64,000 nt of DNA from an uncultured Collinsella sp. GTDB taxonomy: Bacteria; Actinomycetota; Coriobacteriia; Coriobacteriales; Coriobacteriaceae. The notes under the pieces were generated by a model. The model ran no database searches. It was not told the origin of the DNA and saw only the letters and a program-made list of their open reading frames with translations. Shown piece after piece: positions 39,201 to 48,848 of the stretch. Numbering within the stretch: the stretch's first letter is position 1; every line of letters begins with the position of its first letter. Position numbers and translations under genes: made by a program. The stretch lies in assembly GCA_958408685.1 (NCBI GenBank), contig CATYLC010000011.1, positions 3,704 to 67,703 on the forward strand. Direction: 5' to 3'.

Positions 39201-40497
39201 TACCGCATCCGCAGCACCCCGCGTGCCCAAGCGCGTCGCCGCCGTCATTCTCAACTCGCTCAAGGGCGGCGTTGTCCCGCGCATCGGCCTTCCCTATATC
39301 ACCGTGGGGCGAGAGGTCGAGATCCGTGCTCTGCTCACCGACCTGAGCCTCATCGCCGATGGCGGCGCAAGCTTCCGTTTCCTAGTCGGTCGCTACGGCG
39401 CCGGCAAGAGCTTTTTGCTCCAGACCATCCGAACGCATGCCATGGGCGAGGGCTTTGTGGTCGCCGATGCCGACCTTTCCCCTGAGCGCCGCCTACAGGG
39501 CGGCCAGGGCCAGGGCCTCGCTACCTATCGCGAGCTCATCCGCAACATATCGACCAAGACGCGCCCCGAGGGCGGCGCGCTCAACCTTATCCTGGATCGC
39601 TGGGTCGCCTCGTGTGCCGACGCCGACGAGACTGCCGTTAATGCCCAACTCGCTCCACTCGAAGAGATGGTCCACGGCTTCGACTTCGTCCGCATGCTCC
39701 GCCGCTACCGCACGGCAGTATCCGAGGGCGACGAAGAAGCTATGAGTCGGGTGACCAAATGGATTCGCGGCGAATACCGCACCAAGAGCGAAGCGCGAGC
39801 CGAGCTAGGCTCCTCGACCATCATCAGCGATGACGACTGGTACGACTACGTTAAGCTCATTGCGCGCTTTTTGGTCTGCAGCGGCTACAAGGGCATGCTG
39901 GTGCTCATCGACGAGCTCGTGAATCTGTACAAGATTCCCAACGCGATCACGCGCCAATATAACTACGAGAAGATCCTGACCATGTACAACGACACGCTCC
40001 AGGGCAAAGCGCAGTACCTGGGCATGATCATGGGCGGCACGCCAACCTCCATCGAAGACCGCCGCCGCGGCGTCTTTTCCTACGAGGCCCTTCGGAGCCG
40101 TCTCGCTCAGGGCCGTTTTGCGCGCGATGACCTCAAAGACATGCTCGCGCCCATCATCCGCCTGCAGCCGCTCACCTACGAGGAGCTGCTGGTGCTCATC
40201 GAAAAGCTCATGCAGATCCATGCCGGCTACTTTGGCTGGACGCCCACGCTTACCGAGAACGACTTGGTGGACTTCCTCAAGATTGAGTTTGGCCGCGTGG
40301 GAGCCGATACGCACTTGACGCCGCGTGAGGTCATCCGTGACTTTATCGAGCTGCTCGATATCCTGTGTCAAAACCCCGATGCCAACGTGGCCGAGTTGCT
40401 GCAAAGCGTCGGCGGCGACGCGTTGGCACCGGCAGCCGCAACAGGCGACACCGGCACCGCAGACGGCGACCGCAACTTCGCCGAATTCACCATCTAG
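39193..40497 (+). CDS. DUF2791 (BrxD-like) P-loop ATPase, Shango second component
   Basis: SLKGGVVPRIGL, Walker A GRYGAGKS, Walker B VLIDE and YEALRSRL; overlaps the upstream gene. Confidence 0.85.
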   Translation: MSDTASAAPRVPKRVAAVILNSLKGGVVPRIGLPYITVGREVEIRALLTDLSLIADGGASFRFLVGRYGAGKSFLLQTIRTHAMGEGFVVADADLSPERRLQGGQGQGLATYRELIRNISTKTRPEGGALNLILDRWVASCADADETAVNAQLAPLEEMVHGFDFVRMLRRYRTAVSEGDEEAMSRVTKWIRGEYRTKSEARAELGSSTIISDDDWYDYVKLIARFLVCSGYKGMLVLIDELVNLYKIPNAITRQYNYEKILTMYNDTLQGKAQYLGMIMGGTPTSIEDRRRGVFSYEALRSRLAQGRFARDDLKDMLAPIIRLQPLTYEELLVLIEKLMQIHAGYFGWTPTLTENDLVDFLKIEFGRVGADTHLTPREVIRDFIELLDILCQNPDANVAELLQSVGGDALAPAAATGDTGTADGDRNFAEFTI

Positions 40498-40613
40498 CCT
40501 GCCAAAAAGGGACAGGTTTATTTTGGTAGGTTTTATCTGGGCAAACGCCGATGTTGCAAGATATCGAGCCGTTGCCCGTTGCGTTGATCGACCCGTTGAT
40601 GAGAGGAGGTCCC

Positions 40614-43058
40614 ATGAACGCTTTTGACCGATATGCCCCGTTTATCCAGGATTTCATTTACTCCCACGATTGGGAGAGTCTGCGCTCCATCCAGGTTGCG
40701 GCGGCAGATGCCATCTTCAACACGCAAGACAATGTGCTCCTGACGGCATCCACGGCATCAGGCAAAACTGAGGCGGCCTTCTTTCCCATCCTGACCGAGT
40801 TTTGGGAGAACCCGCCCGCGAGCGTGGGCGCCCTCTATATTGGCCCCCTCAAGGCACTCATCAACGACCAGTTCGTTCGCCTCAACGATCTGTGCGAAGA
40901 GGCCGATATCCCCGTCTGGCACTGGCACGGCGATGTCTCGCAGTCGCACAAGGCAAAGCTCATCAAAAAGCCGAGCGGTATCCTACAGATTACGCCCGAA
41001 TCACTCGAGGCACTCCTGATCCACAAGCACATGGCAATCCCGCGTATGTTCTGCGACCTGCGCTATGTGGTCATCGACGAGGTCCACTCGCTCATGCGCG
41101 GTGACCGCGGCGGGCAGACGCTCTGCCTTATCGAGCGTCTCTCACGCATGGCAGGCGTGCAGCCCCGTCGCATTGGCCTTTCGGCCACCATCGGCGACCC
41201 CGAACGCACGGGTGCCTTTCTCTCACAGGGAACGGGACGCGACTGCGTTATCCCCCGTTTTGAGGAACCGCGCCGCGTGTGGCGCATCTCCATGGAGCAC
41301 TTCTACAACTCGGGTCCCCAGGCACAGCAGCGAGGATTCGAGAGCACAGGTCCGCAGGAAGCTGAGGTGCTCGCATGCGAGCGCATTGAGACGGCACCAC
41401 CCGCGGCACTGCCCGTCAGCACCCAAGGCATGCGCCCTAGCGGGCAACTCCCACAGGAGGAACGCCGCCAACGTCGCGAGCAGGCACGGGGCAAGGCTGC
41501 CCCCAAGGACAGTCGCACTTCCTCAGCCCCCGAGGGCGAAGTCGACATCCCGCAGGCAACCGAACAGGCACTGCTCAACCCCACCGACACCGCACCCGAC
41601 AACGCCGACCCCGGCATGAGCTACATCTTTGAACATACCCGCGGCCGCAAGTGCCTGGTCTTTGCCAACTCGCGCGAGGAGGCAGAGGCCGTATGCTCCA
41701 TGCTGCGCAGCTACTGCGAAAGCCGGCACGACCCCGACCGCTTCCTTATCCATCATGGCAACCTCTCGGCATCGCTACGCGAGACCGCCGAGGAGCTCAT
41801 GCGCGACGAGGAACAGGCACAGACAACCGTCACCACCTCCACGCTGGAGCTCGGCATTGACATCGGTCGCCTGGAGCGCGCGTTCCAGATCGATGCACCG
41901 TTTACCGTCAGCTCCTTTTTGCAGCGCATGGGGCGCACGGGACGCCGCGATCTTCCGCCCGAGATGTGGTTTGTCATGCGCGAGGAAGAGCCCGAGCCGC
42001 GCACGATGATGCCCGAGACCATTCCGTGGAAGCTCCTGCAGGGCATCGCGCTCGTACAACTCTATCGCGAGGAGAAGTGGGTCGAGCCGCCCGAGCTCGA
42101 TCGACTCCCCTACAGTCTGCTCTATCACCAGACCATGTCGACGCTTGCCAGCACCGGAGAGCTCACGCCGGCCGAACTTGCCCAACGCGTGCTCACGCTC
42201 AGTTATTTCCACCGCGTCTCAGCCGATGACTATCGCGTACTGCTGCGCCACCTCATCAAGATCGACCACATCCAGGTCACCGAGGGCGGCGGGCTGATCG
42301 TGGGCCTCGCGGGCGAGCGCATCATTAACAACTTTAAGTTCTACGCTGTGTTCCAGGAAAACGAGGAGTTTACCGTTCGCAGTGAATCGGCCGAGCTGGG
42401 CACGATTGTCAACCCGCCACCGCCCGGTGAGCGCATCGCCATCGCCGGACATTGCTGGATTGTCGAAGAAGTGGACTGGAAGCGTCACACCGTCTTTGCC
42501 ACGCAGGTCAAGGGCCGTGTGCCGGCCTACTTTGGCGACTGCCCCGGTGACATCAACACACATGTACTCGAGCGCATGCGCCAAGCGCTCACTGAGCACG
42601 CAGCATATCCGTACCTTATGGGTAACGCACGGGCTCGCTTGGCGCAGGCTCGTCATACCGCCGAGATTTCGGGCGCGGGAACTAAGCCGCTCATCAACCT
42701 GGGTGGCGACACCTGGGTGCTCTTCCCCTGGTTGGGCAGCTACGCCTTTTTGGCGCTCGAGCGCATGCTCAAGATTAAATGCGCCGCGGAGCTTGGCCTT
42801 CGCGGACTCGATCCGTCGCGCCCGTACTTTATGCAGTTTAAGATGAAGGCCGACGAGGAGACGTTCTTTGAGGTGCTCGCCGCCGAGGCCGAGAAGGACT
42901 TCGATCCCATCGAGCTCGTCTATCCCGGCGAGGTGCCTTACTTTGATCGTTACGATGAGTTCGTTCCCGAAGAGCTCGTGCGCAAGGGCTTTGCCGAAGG
43001 CGTGCTCGACATCGAGGGTATGAAGCAGCGCGTCCTCAGCTGGCGCGACCACGCCTAA
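40614..43058 (+). CDS. Lhr-like DEAD/DEAH helicase, Shango third component
   Basis: TASGKTEA, PLKALIND, TPESLE, DEVH, SAT, HHGNLS, TLELGID and QRMGRTGRR motifs. Confidence 0.88.
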   Translation: MNAFDRYAPFIQDFIYSHDWESLRSIQVAAADAIFNTQDNVLLTASTASGKTEAAFFPILTEFWENPPASVGALYIGPLKALINDQFVRLNDLCEEADIPVWHWHGDVSQSHKAKLIKKPSGILQITPESLEALLIHKHMAIPRMFCDLRYVVIDEVHSLMRGDRGGQTLCLIERLSRMAGVQPRRIGLSATIGDPERTGAFLSQGTGRDCVIPRFEEPRRVWRISMEHFYNSGPQAQQRGFESTGPQEAEVLACERIETAPPAALPVSTQGMRPSGQLPQEERRQRREQARGKAAPKDSRTSSAPEGEVDIPQATEQALLNPTDTAPDNADPGMSYIFEHTRGRKCLVFANSREEAEAVCSMLRSYCESRHDPDRFLIHHGNLSASLRETAEELMRDEEQAQTTVTTSTLELGIDIGRLERAFQIDAPFTVSSFLQRMGRTGRRDLPPEMWFVMREEEPEPRTMMPETIPWKLLQGIALVQLYREEKWVEPPELDRLPYSLLYHQTMSTLASTGELTPAELAQRVLTLSYFHRVSADDYRVLLRHLIKIDHIQVTEGGGLIVGLAGERIINNFKFYAVFQENEEFTVRSESAELGTIVNPPPPGERIAIAGHCWIVEEVDWKRHTVFATQVKGRVPAYFGDCPGDINTHVLERMRQALTEHAAYPYLMGNARARLAQARHTAEISGAGTKPLINLGGDTWVLFPWLGSYAFLALERMLKIKCAAELGLRGLDPSRPYFMQFKMKADEETFFEVLAAEAEKDFDPIELVYPGEVPYFDRYDEFVPEELVRKGFAEGVLDIEGMKQRVLSWRDHA

Positions 43059-43084
43059 GACCAGTCTTTTTGGGACGGGGAGAT

Positions 43085-43963
43085 TTACTTGTCGTGAAGG
43101 ACGGTGCCGAGGAACTCAGCGTCGAAGGGCACGGCTTCGGCAAAGGCGTAGTCGCCGTCGCTGGCGATGAGCAGGTAGTTCTCCTCGCCGCCGAACTCCA
43201 TATCGCCACATGGGACCACCCAGGCGTGGGCGAACACCTCGAGCGCCGTGGCGGCGCAATCGCGCAGGAACGTCACGTCGCTCCCCTCGTTCGCGCTCAC
43301 GATATTGGCAACGTAGATACCCCCGGGGTTCAGGCTGCCTCGCACCAAACGCAACGCCTCAACCGTCGCCAGCTCGCGTACGGGCTCGGCACCGCCAAAG
43401 CAATCACTCACGACCACATCGTAGCGACGATGGCCCACGCTCGTCACACCCAGATACGAGCGAGCCTCAGCGGTAATCACCCGCAAGCGGTCGCCCACCG
43501 CGCGCTCCAGCTCGTCCAGGTAGAACCAGCGGCGCGCCAGGCGCGTAATCTCTCCGTCATACTCGATGACGTCCATGCGCAAGCCCGCGTGTGACATCAG
43601 GGCGAACTTAGGATAAGCAAACCCGCCGCCGCCCAGCATAAGCATGCGGTCGATACCATGCCCGCAAGCATCACGCATTGCGTCCTCGGCCTCAAACACA
43701 TCGTCAAATGCGCGATAGTACGCAAAGACCGGCTCCGCCCAACGCTCGCCAACGTAGCTTGCGCTTTGGTAGACGCCGCCTCGCACCAAGACGCGAATCT
43801 CATCGTCGCTCTCATTGTGCACGCGTTTCACACGCGCCAACCCATTGCGGGTTCGCGCAACCTGCAGACAGGCAGCACGAACAGCGACAGCGGCCGCACC
43901 AAGCGCCGCGGCTCCCAGAGCAACACCGGCAACGACGCCGGCAGAAACACTCGGCTTGTTCAT
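43085..43963 (-). CDS. Spermidine-synthase-like SAM-dependent transferase with N-terminal membrane anchor
   Basis: LMLGGGG, VIEYD, YDVVVSDCF and LNPGG motifs; abuts the elp3 stop. Confidence 0.75.
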   Translation of the reverse strand: MNKPSVSAGVVAGVALGAAALGAAAVAVRAACLQVARTRNGLARVKRVHNESDDEIRVLVRGGVYQSASYVGERWAEPVFAYYRAFDDVFEAEDAMRDACGHGIDRMLMLGGGGFAYPKFALMSHAGLRMDVIEYDGEITRLARRWFYLDELERAVGDRLRVITAEARSYLGVTSVGHRRYDVVVSDCFGGAEPVRELATVEALRLVRGSLNPGGIYVANIVSANEGSDVTFLRDCAATALEVFAHAWVVPCGDMEFGGEENYLLIASDGDYAFAEAVPFDAEFLGTVLHDK

Positions 43964-45871
43964 CTAGAGCTCCTTTTGCAGATAGAGTCCATGATCGTAA
44001 AAACCCAAATGGCGATAGTACTCGCGCGTACCAATCGCGCTGATCACGTTGATGCGCGTATAACCCGCATCCCGGGCAATCTCGCACGCACGCTCTACGA
44101 GCAGACGCCCCAACCCATGGTGCTGGGCTGCCTGGCCTTGATACCCCACGCGCGCCGCCATGCCATACACGTGTACCTCGCGAATCATCGCCTCGTCCGG
44201 CATCGTCGGCAACTCGTCCGCATGCGCGGCAACAAACGAATGGTCGGGCAGCGACAACCGCAAAAAGCCCGCGATCTTGCCCTGCGGCGTCACCCACTGC
44301 AAAAAGCGCTCGTGCGTCACCGGCGTCTCGTACGCCACTTCCTCATCAAGAGATAGCTCATCCAAGTCGGCACCCGCCGTACTGATCTCGCGATAGCGAA
44401 TCTCGCGCACCGTCGCACCGTCACCCCGAGCAGCCAGGCGGTTCTCAACGAGCTGACGCAGGTTGGGTTTCTTGTTGCCCACCATAATGTCGTCGGAACT
44501 AAAGTCGCGGATCATGCGGCTGATACGGCAGAACGCCGGCGTCACCACGATGTCGTCGGCCAGCACATCGAGCAGCTCTTCCTCGGTATAGGGACGCCAC
44601 TCGCCGCGCTCGTAGCAGCCCACCAGACGCGAGCCCTCGATGAGCGCACACGGATAGACTTTGACCTCGTCGGGCATAAAGGCCCCTTCGGTCATAAAGC
44701 GCTCGTAATCGCGCTTGTCCCCTTCGGGCGTGGCGCCCAGCAAGTTGAGCATAAAATGCGCGTGGATCTTAAAGCCAAACAGGCGTGCAAGCGAAAACGC
44801 CCGCTCGATCTGAGCCACCGAAATGCGACGCTCGTTGATATCGAGCAAATGCTGGTTGAGGCTCTGGATGCCCATCTGAATCTTGGTGCAGCCTAGGCGG
44901 CGGATGAGCGTAAGCGCCTGCGGCGTTACGGCATCGGGGCGCGTCTCGATAACGAGCCCCACCACGCGATGCTTCGCCGTCTCGTTGATGCGCTGCTGAC
45001 GCTCAAGCTCCTCCATCGTTGCCGCCTGCCACTCGGCAACCTCGCCCCACGGCGTACCGGGGCCGTACAGACGACGCACCGCGCGGTTATACCCGCCCAC
45101 GGCAGCATCCACACGCTCCTGCTCGTCGGCAACGCCGGCAGCAAGCTCAGCCTCGTCTGTCGCAATGCCGGCAGCCCGATAGCGCTCGCGACGCTCCGCC
45201 ACCACCGGCGGCAGCGCATCGGCGGGCGCGTCATCGAGCAGGCGCTCTGCCTCGGCACGGCTGATGCCCGGACGCGCCAACATGGGATTAGCCGCCACAC
45301 CAGCCACGGCATCGTCATTGAGCGCACGGAAGAGCTCCGACATAAACCATGCCTGATACCCTTGCGGATAGTCGCTCCAGGTACCACCGAGCACGATGAG
45401 CTCGATCTTATCGGTCGCATGCCCCATCTGCGAAAGCGCCGTCAAACGGGCACTCACCTGCAGATACGGGTCAAAGCAATTTTGCTCCGCACGGGCGCAC
45501 GCCGGCTCGGCATGCAGATAGCTTTTGGGCATGCGCAGATCGTTGGGGCAAAACAGGCAATCGCCCGAGCATGGCCAGGGCTTGGTAATGACGGTAATGG
45601 TCGCCACGCCCGAGGCCGTTCGGCGCGGCTTCATACGCAGCACCTGCAGCAGTTGACGTTCCAGATCGGAATCGACATTCCACGCAGCCCACCGAGCCGG
45701 CTCCTCACGTTTAACCCGCTGATAGAACGGCAGCAGACGGCGCTTGGCCAAATCGCGTTTGTCGGCACCCTCACGGCGCGCCTCGGCATGTATCAGTTTG
45801 ACGAGCGCTTTGTCGTCCACGGTCTCGCCGCGACGCAGGGCCTCGAGTATGTTCAAGATAATCTGTTCCAT
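43964..45871 (-). CDS. elp3: Elp3-family radical SAM/KAT protein (tRNA U34 carboxymethylase)
   Basis: RTASGVA, CSGDCLFCP, PKSY, GGTW, IETRPD, RISRMIRD, IREVHVYG, QHHGLG and YYRHLGF motifs. Confidence 0.92.
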   Translation of the reverse strand: MEQIILNILEALRRGETVDDKALVKLIHAEARREGADKRDLAKRRLLPFYQRVKREEPARWAAWNVDSDLERQLLQVLRMKPRRTASGVATITVITKPWPCSGDCLFCPNDLRMPKSYLHAEPACARAEQNCFDPYLQVSARLTALSQMGHATDKIELIVLGGTWSDYPQGYQAWFMSELFRALNDDAVAGVAANPMLARPGISRAEAERLLDDAPADALPPVVAERRERYRAAGIATDEAELAAGVADEQERVDAAVGGYNRAVRRLYGPGTPWGEVAEWQAATMEELERQQRINETAKHRVVGLVIETRPDAVTPQALTLIRRLGCTKIQMGIQSLNQHLLDINERRISVAQIERAFSLARLFGFKIHAHFMLNLLGATPEGDKRDYERFMTEGAFMPDEVKVYPCALIEGSRLVGCYERGEWRPYTEEELLDVLADDIVVTPAFCRISRMIRDFSSDDIMVGNKKPNLRQLVENRLAARGDGATVREIRYREISTAGADLDELSLDEEVAYETPVTHERFLQWVTPQGKIAGFLRLSLPDHSFVAAHADELPTMPDEAMIREVHVYGMAARVGYQGQAAQHHGLGRLLVERACEIARDAGYTRINVISAIGTREYYRHLGFYDHGLYLQKEL

Positions 45872-45888
45872 GTCCCCATTGTAAAGGC

Positions 45889-45923
45889 AAAGGCGCCGGA
45901 GCCGATCTCGGCTTCGGCGCCTT
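45889..45923 (-). terminator. Terminator-like hairpin after the DUF4097 gene
   Basis: AAGGCGCCGGAGCCGA-loop-TCGGCTTCGGCGCCTT. Confidence 0.65.
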
Positions 45924-45969
45924 CATCAAACAGCGCAGCTATGGTATATAAGTCTTCGATAACCGCCCG

Positions 45970-46872
45970 TCACTCTGAATCAAATGACATGTCGCCCGAA
46001 CCGACCTCAAAACGATACGTAGCAGACTTATCGCCGTTATCGAATTCAAGATTCAAAATGGTCTCGCCGTCGTAGCCAAGCGGAAGGAAATCGCTCTCGA
46101 AGTCGCCGCTGCCCAAGGTAAGGCTCGCCTTAAAGCCCGTCGAGTTCGGAACCATCATCTCCACATCGCCCGAGCCCACACTCACGTCCATCGACTTCGC
46201 GGGGGCCTGGTAGAGCTCGAACGTCACATCGCCCGAACCGACCTCAGCACTGAGCGCATCAGTCACGCTGCCCGCAAACTCTACATCTCCCGCACCCAGG
46301 AAAAGGTCGAAACCATCACAGGTGACACCGGCAATCTGCAGATCACCCGAGCCCACGTGCGCGTTGACTCCCTTCAGATGTTCGGCAACACGGCGCGGCA
46401 GCTCGACCGTAACTGAGCGATCGATTGCCTTACCGTCATCACTTCCAAACTGGGAAACCTTGAGCGTCGAGTCCTCGACGGATGCGATGTTCTGCGTCGC
46501 GGCCTTGGAGGCATCCATACCATTGGCAACGCGTCCCCGCTCGATAACGCGAGCCTTGTTACCATCAATAACCTTGACGTCCACCGTAGCCGCATCGATA
46601 TCGAAATCGAGGTAGCGAAACTCATCGGCATCAAAGGTCGTACACGAAAGCTGCTGAGGCCGAGCGGAATAGTTACCGCCATCGTTCATAAAATCGTCGT
46701 CATCAACCACATCGTCCATACCGGACAAGCCGGATACAACATCGTCGAGGTCCCACGGGCCATCAAAATGAATCAAAGTCCGCGAAACGCCAAAAACAAG
46801 CCCGATAATCAGTACAAACGCTCCGATGCCGACGCCCAGGCGCAGCTTGGATTCATGCGAAAGCTTCATCAT
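45970..46872 (-). CDS. DUF4097-like beta-strand repeat protein with N-terminal TM
   Basis: Repeated (V/L)G(S/A)GD(V/L/F/M) units; one N-terminal TM helix. Confidence 0.8.
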   Translation of the reverse strand: MMKLSHESKLRLGVGIGAFVLIIGLVFGVSRTLIHFDGPWDLDDVVSGLSGMDDVVDDDDFMNDGGNYSARPQQLSCTTFDADEFRYLDFDIDAATVDVKVIDGNKARVIERGRVANGMDASKAATQNIASVEDSTLKVSQFGSDDGKAIDRSVTVELPRRVAEHLKGVNAHVGSGDLQIAGVTCDGFDLFLGAGDVEFAGSVTDALSAEVGSGDVTFELYQAPAKSMDVSVGSGDVEMMVPNSTGFKASLTLGSGDFESDFLPLGYDGETILNLEFDNGDKSATYRFEVGSGDMSFDSE

Positions 46873-47591
46873 TCGTCACCTTCTTTGGCACATGGCTCAG
46901 CGGTGGCCGCGGTAGCCACGTCAGCATCAGGTTCCGCAGAAGTATCCTTCCCCTGGGCCCTGACCGCCACCGGTGCCGGACCAACCTGAATATCCCCACG
47001 CGCCCAATCACCATCGAGTGCACGCGCCACCCAGTGATAGATGGGAATCGTGAAGAAGATCAGCGCGGCAAAGGGGCAGGCACCAAACAGGAACATCAGT
47101 AAAAAGAACAGCAGCCAGCACACGGCCCAATACGGGAACGACTGGAACGGGCCCTTCACCGGAGTCGGGCCAACTGCGCCGCCACTCGTCGCCTGTGCCG
47201 TAGCGGCATTGGCGGCCTGCGCACTCCAGCTTGCCGCCTGCGCCGCCTTGGCTGCCGCGTCACTTGCCTGCGTTGCCGCCTCGGTGGCGCGCGCCGCCGC
47301 CTCATGGGTGCGGGCGCGCTCTGCCGCCTCGGCCTCGCGCTGACGAGCGCGGTCCTCGTTCTCAAACTCGATATCGTCCTCAATCTCATCGCTCGGATTG
47401 AGCAGCTCGTCCAGACTCACACCATAGAGCTTGGCGAGCGAGATCAGGTTCTCGGTATCGGGCGAGCTCTCCGCACGCTCCCATTTACTGACCGCCTGGC
47501 GCGACAGCCCCAGCTTTCGCGCCAGCCCTTCTTGGCTAAAGCCCTTGCTGCGGCGAAGGTCGGCGAGCCGCTGCGCAGTTTCTACATTCAT
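46869..47591 (-). CDS. XRE-family HTH protein with Ala-rich linker and C-terminal TM hairpin
   Basis: LRRSKGFSQEGLA..SRQAVSKWE..PD..SLDELL; GGAGG RBS. Confidence 0.88.
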   Translation of the reverse strand: MNVETAQRLADLRRSKGFSQEGLARKLGLSRQAVSKWERAESSPDTENLISLAKLYGVSLDELLNPSDEIEDDIEFENEDRARQREAEAAERARTHEAAARATEAATQASDAAAKAAQAASWSAQAANAATAQATSGGAVGPTPVKGPFQSFPYWAVCWLLFFLLMFLFGACPFAALIFFTIPIYHWVARALDGDWARGDIQVGPAPVAVRAQGKDTSAEPDADVATAATAEPCAKEGDE

Positions 47592-47858
47592 GGTTCCTCC
47601 TATGTGATGCCAGCCGTGCCGCCGGACCGTTTTTGTTCTTAAGGCGCCTTGCACAGTTAAAAATCTATCCGCCACCGCCAAAAGCATGCCACCTATTCTA
47701 GTGAGATTTTTGACAACCGGCGGTTGCGGGTGCATATGAGCTGCGGAAATGTGTCCAAACAAAGCAATGACCCGTAGCTTGGTTGTCCCCGTTGCTGCGT
47801 TAACGGTAGTATGGTCGTACTGTTTATTCCGCACCGCCAACGGAGGGAGTTCCGCGCC

Positions 47859-48731
47859 GTGAACCGCGATTTCGCCTCATCGCTCATCCAGCTCAATAAC
47901 ACGTTCTATCGCGAGCACTCCGCCTCCTTTTCCGATACGCGCCAAGCCCCGTGGCCCGGCTGGGTGCGCACCATGGACATCGCGCTCGAACAGCTCGACG
48001 TCGCCACGATCGAGCATCCCGTCCGCGTCTTCGATCTTGCCTGCGGCAATATGCGATTCGAGAACTTTGCCGCCGGCGGCGCACTTGCCGCCAAGGGCGT
48101 CGATGGCGCAAACCCCTCGGCAGATGCCAGCTGCCCGTTTGAGTTCTATGGTGTTGACTCGTGTCAGGATTTGGCTATCGATGCGCACGGTCACGCCCTG
48201 CGCATTCCCAACCTGCACTTCCAGGAACTCGACGTGCTTGACGCCCTTATGAAGCTCAACCCCGCCGAGACGCCCGACGTGCTTTTCGACGCCCCGCTCG
48301 CCGATATCTCGGTCTGCTTTGGCTTTATGCACCACGTGCCGTCGTGCGAGTACCGCGTACGCGTGCTCGACGCCCTGGTGCGTCAGACGCGCCCAGGTGG
48401 CATCATCGCCATCAGCTTTTGGGAATTTATGAACGATGAGCGCATGGCGCGCAAGGCTGTTCGCGCCGAGGCCCGCGCCGAGCTCACCCCGCCGTTTGAG
48501 GGTTACGATTCCGCGCAGTTTGAAGCCGGCGACCACCTCATTGGCTGGCAAAACGACCGCCACGCCTACCGCTATTGCCATCACTTTGACGATCAGCAGA
48601 TCACCGACCTAGTGCGCGGCGTCCGTACGTTCTACAAGAGCGGCGAGGTCCCCGTGCGCGAGCTTGAGCGCTTCCATGCCGACGGTCGCAGCGGCGAGCT
48701 CAACCGTTATGTGATCCTCAAGCGCCTGTAG
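47859..48731 (+). CDS. Class I SAM methyltransferase, Trm9/ALKBH8-MT-like
   Basis: FSDTRQAPWP, DLACGN, MHHVP, RPGG...W and RYCHHF motifs; GTG start after GGAGGGAG. Confidence 0.75.
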   Translation: MNRDFASSLIQLNNTFYREHSASFSDTRQAPWPGWVRTMDIALEQLDVATIEHPVRVFDLACGNMRFENFAAGGALAAKGVDGANPSADASCPFEFYGVDSCQDLAIDAHGHALRIPNLHFQELDVLDALMKLNPAETPDVLFDAPLADISVCFGFMHHVPSCEYRVRVLDALVRQTRPGGIIAISFWEFMNDERMARKAVRAEARAELTPPFEGYDSAQFEAGDHLIGWQNDRHAYRYCHHFDDQQITDLVRGVRTFYKSGEVPVRELERFHADGRSGELNRYVILKRL

Positions 48732-48848
48732 GCATCGACGACTCGCCGCCGAGCCGTGCCGCGTCTTTCGGGCAAACTATGCCCACCCTTTTCAACCCAT
48801 TGACGGAACGCGCAGCTATGCGTTCCATATTTATGACCAAGGAGCCTC

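Noticed and set aside
39193..40497. BREX system, because the ATPase is BrxD-like
   Set aside because: No pglZ, brxC or pglX in the window; the context matches the TerB-ATPase-helicase architecture.
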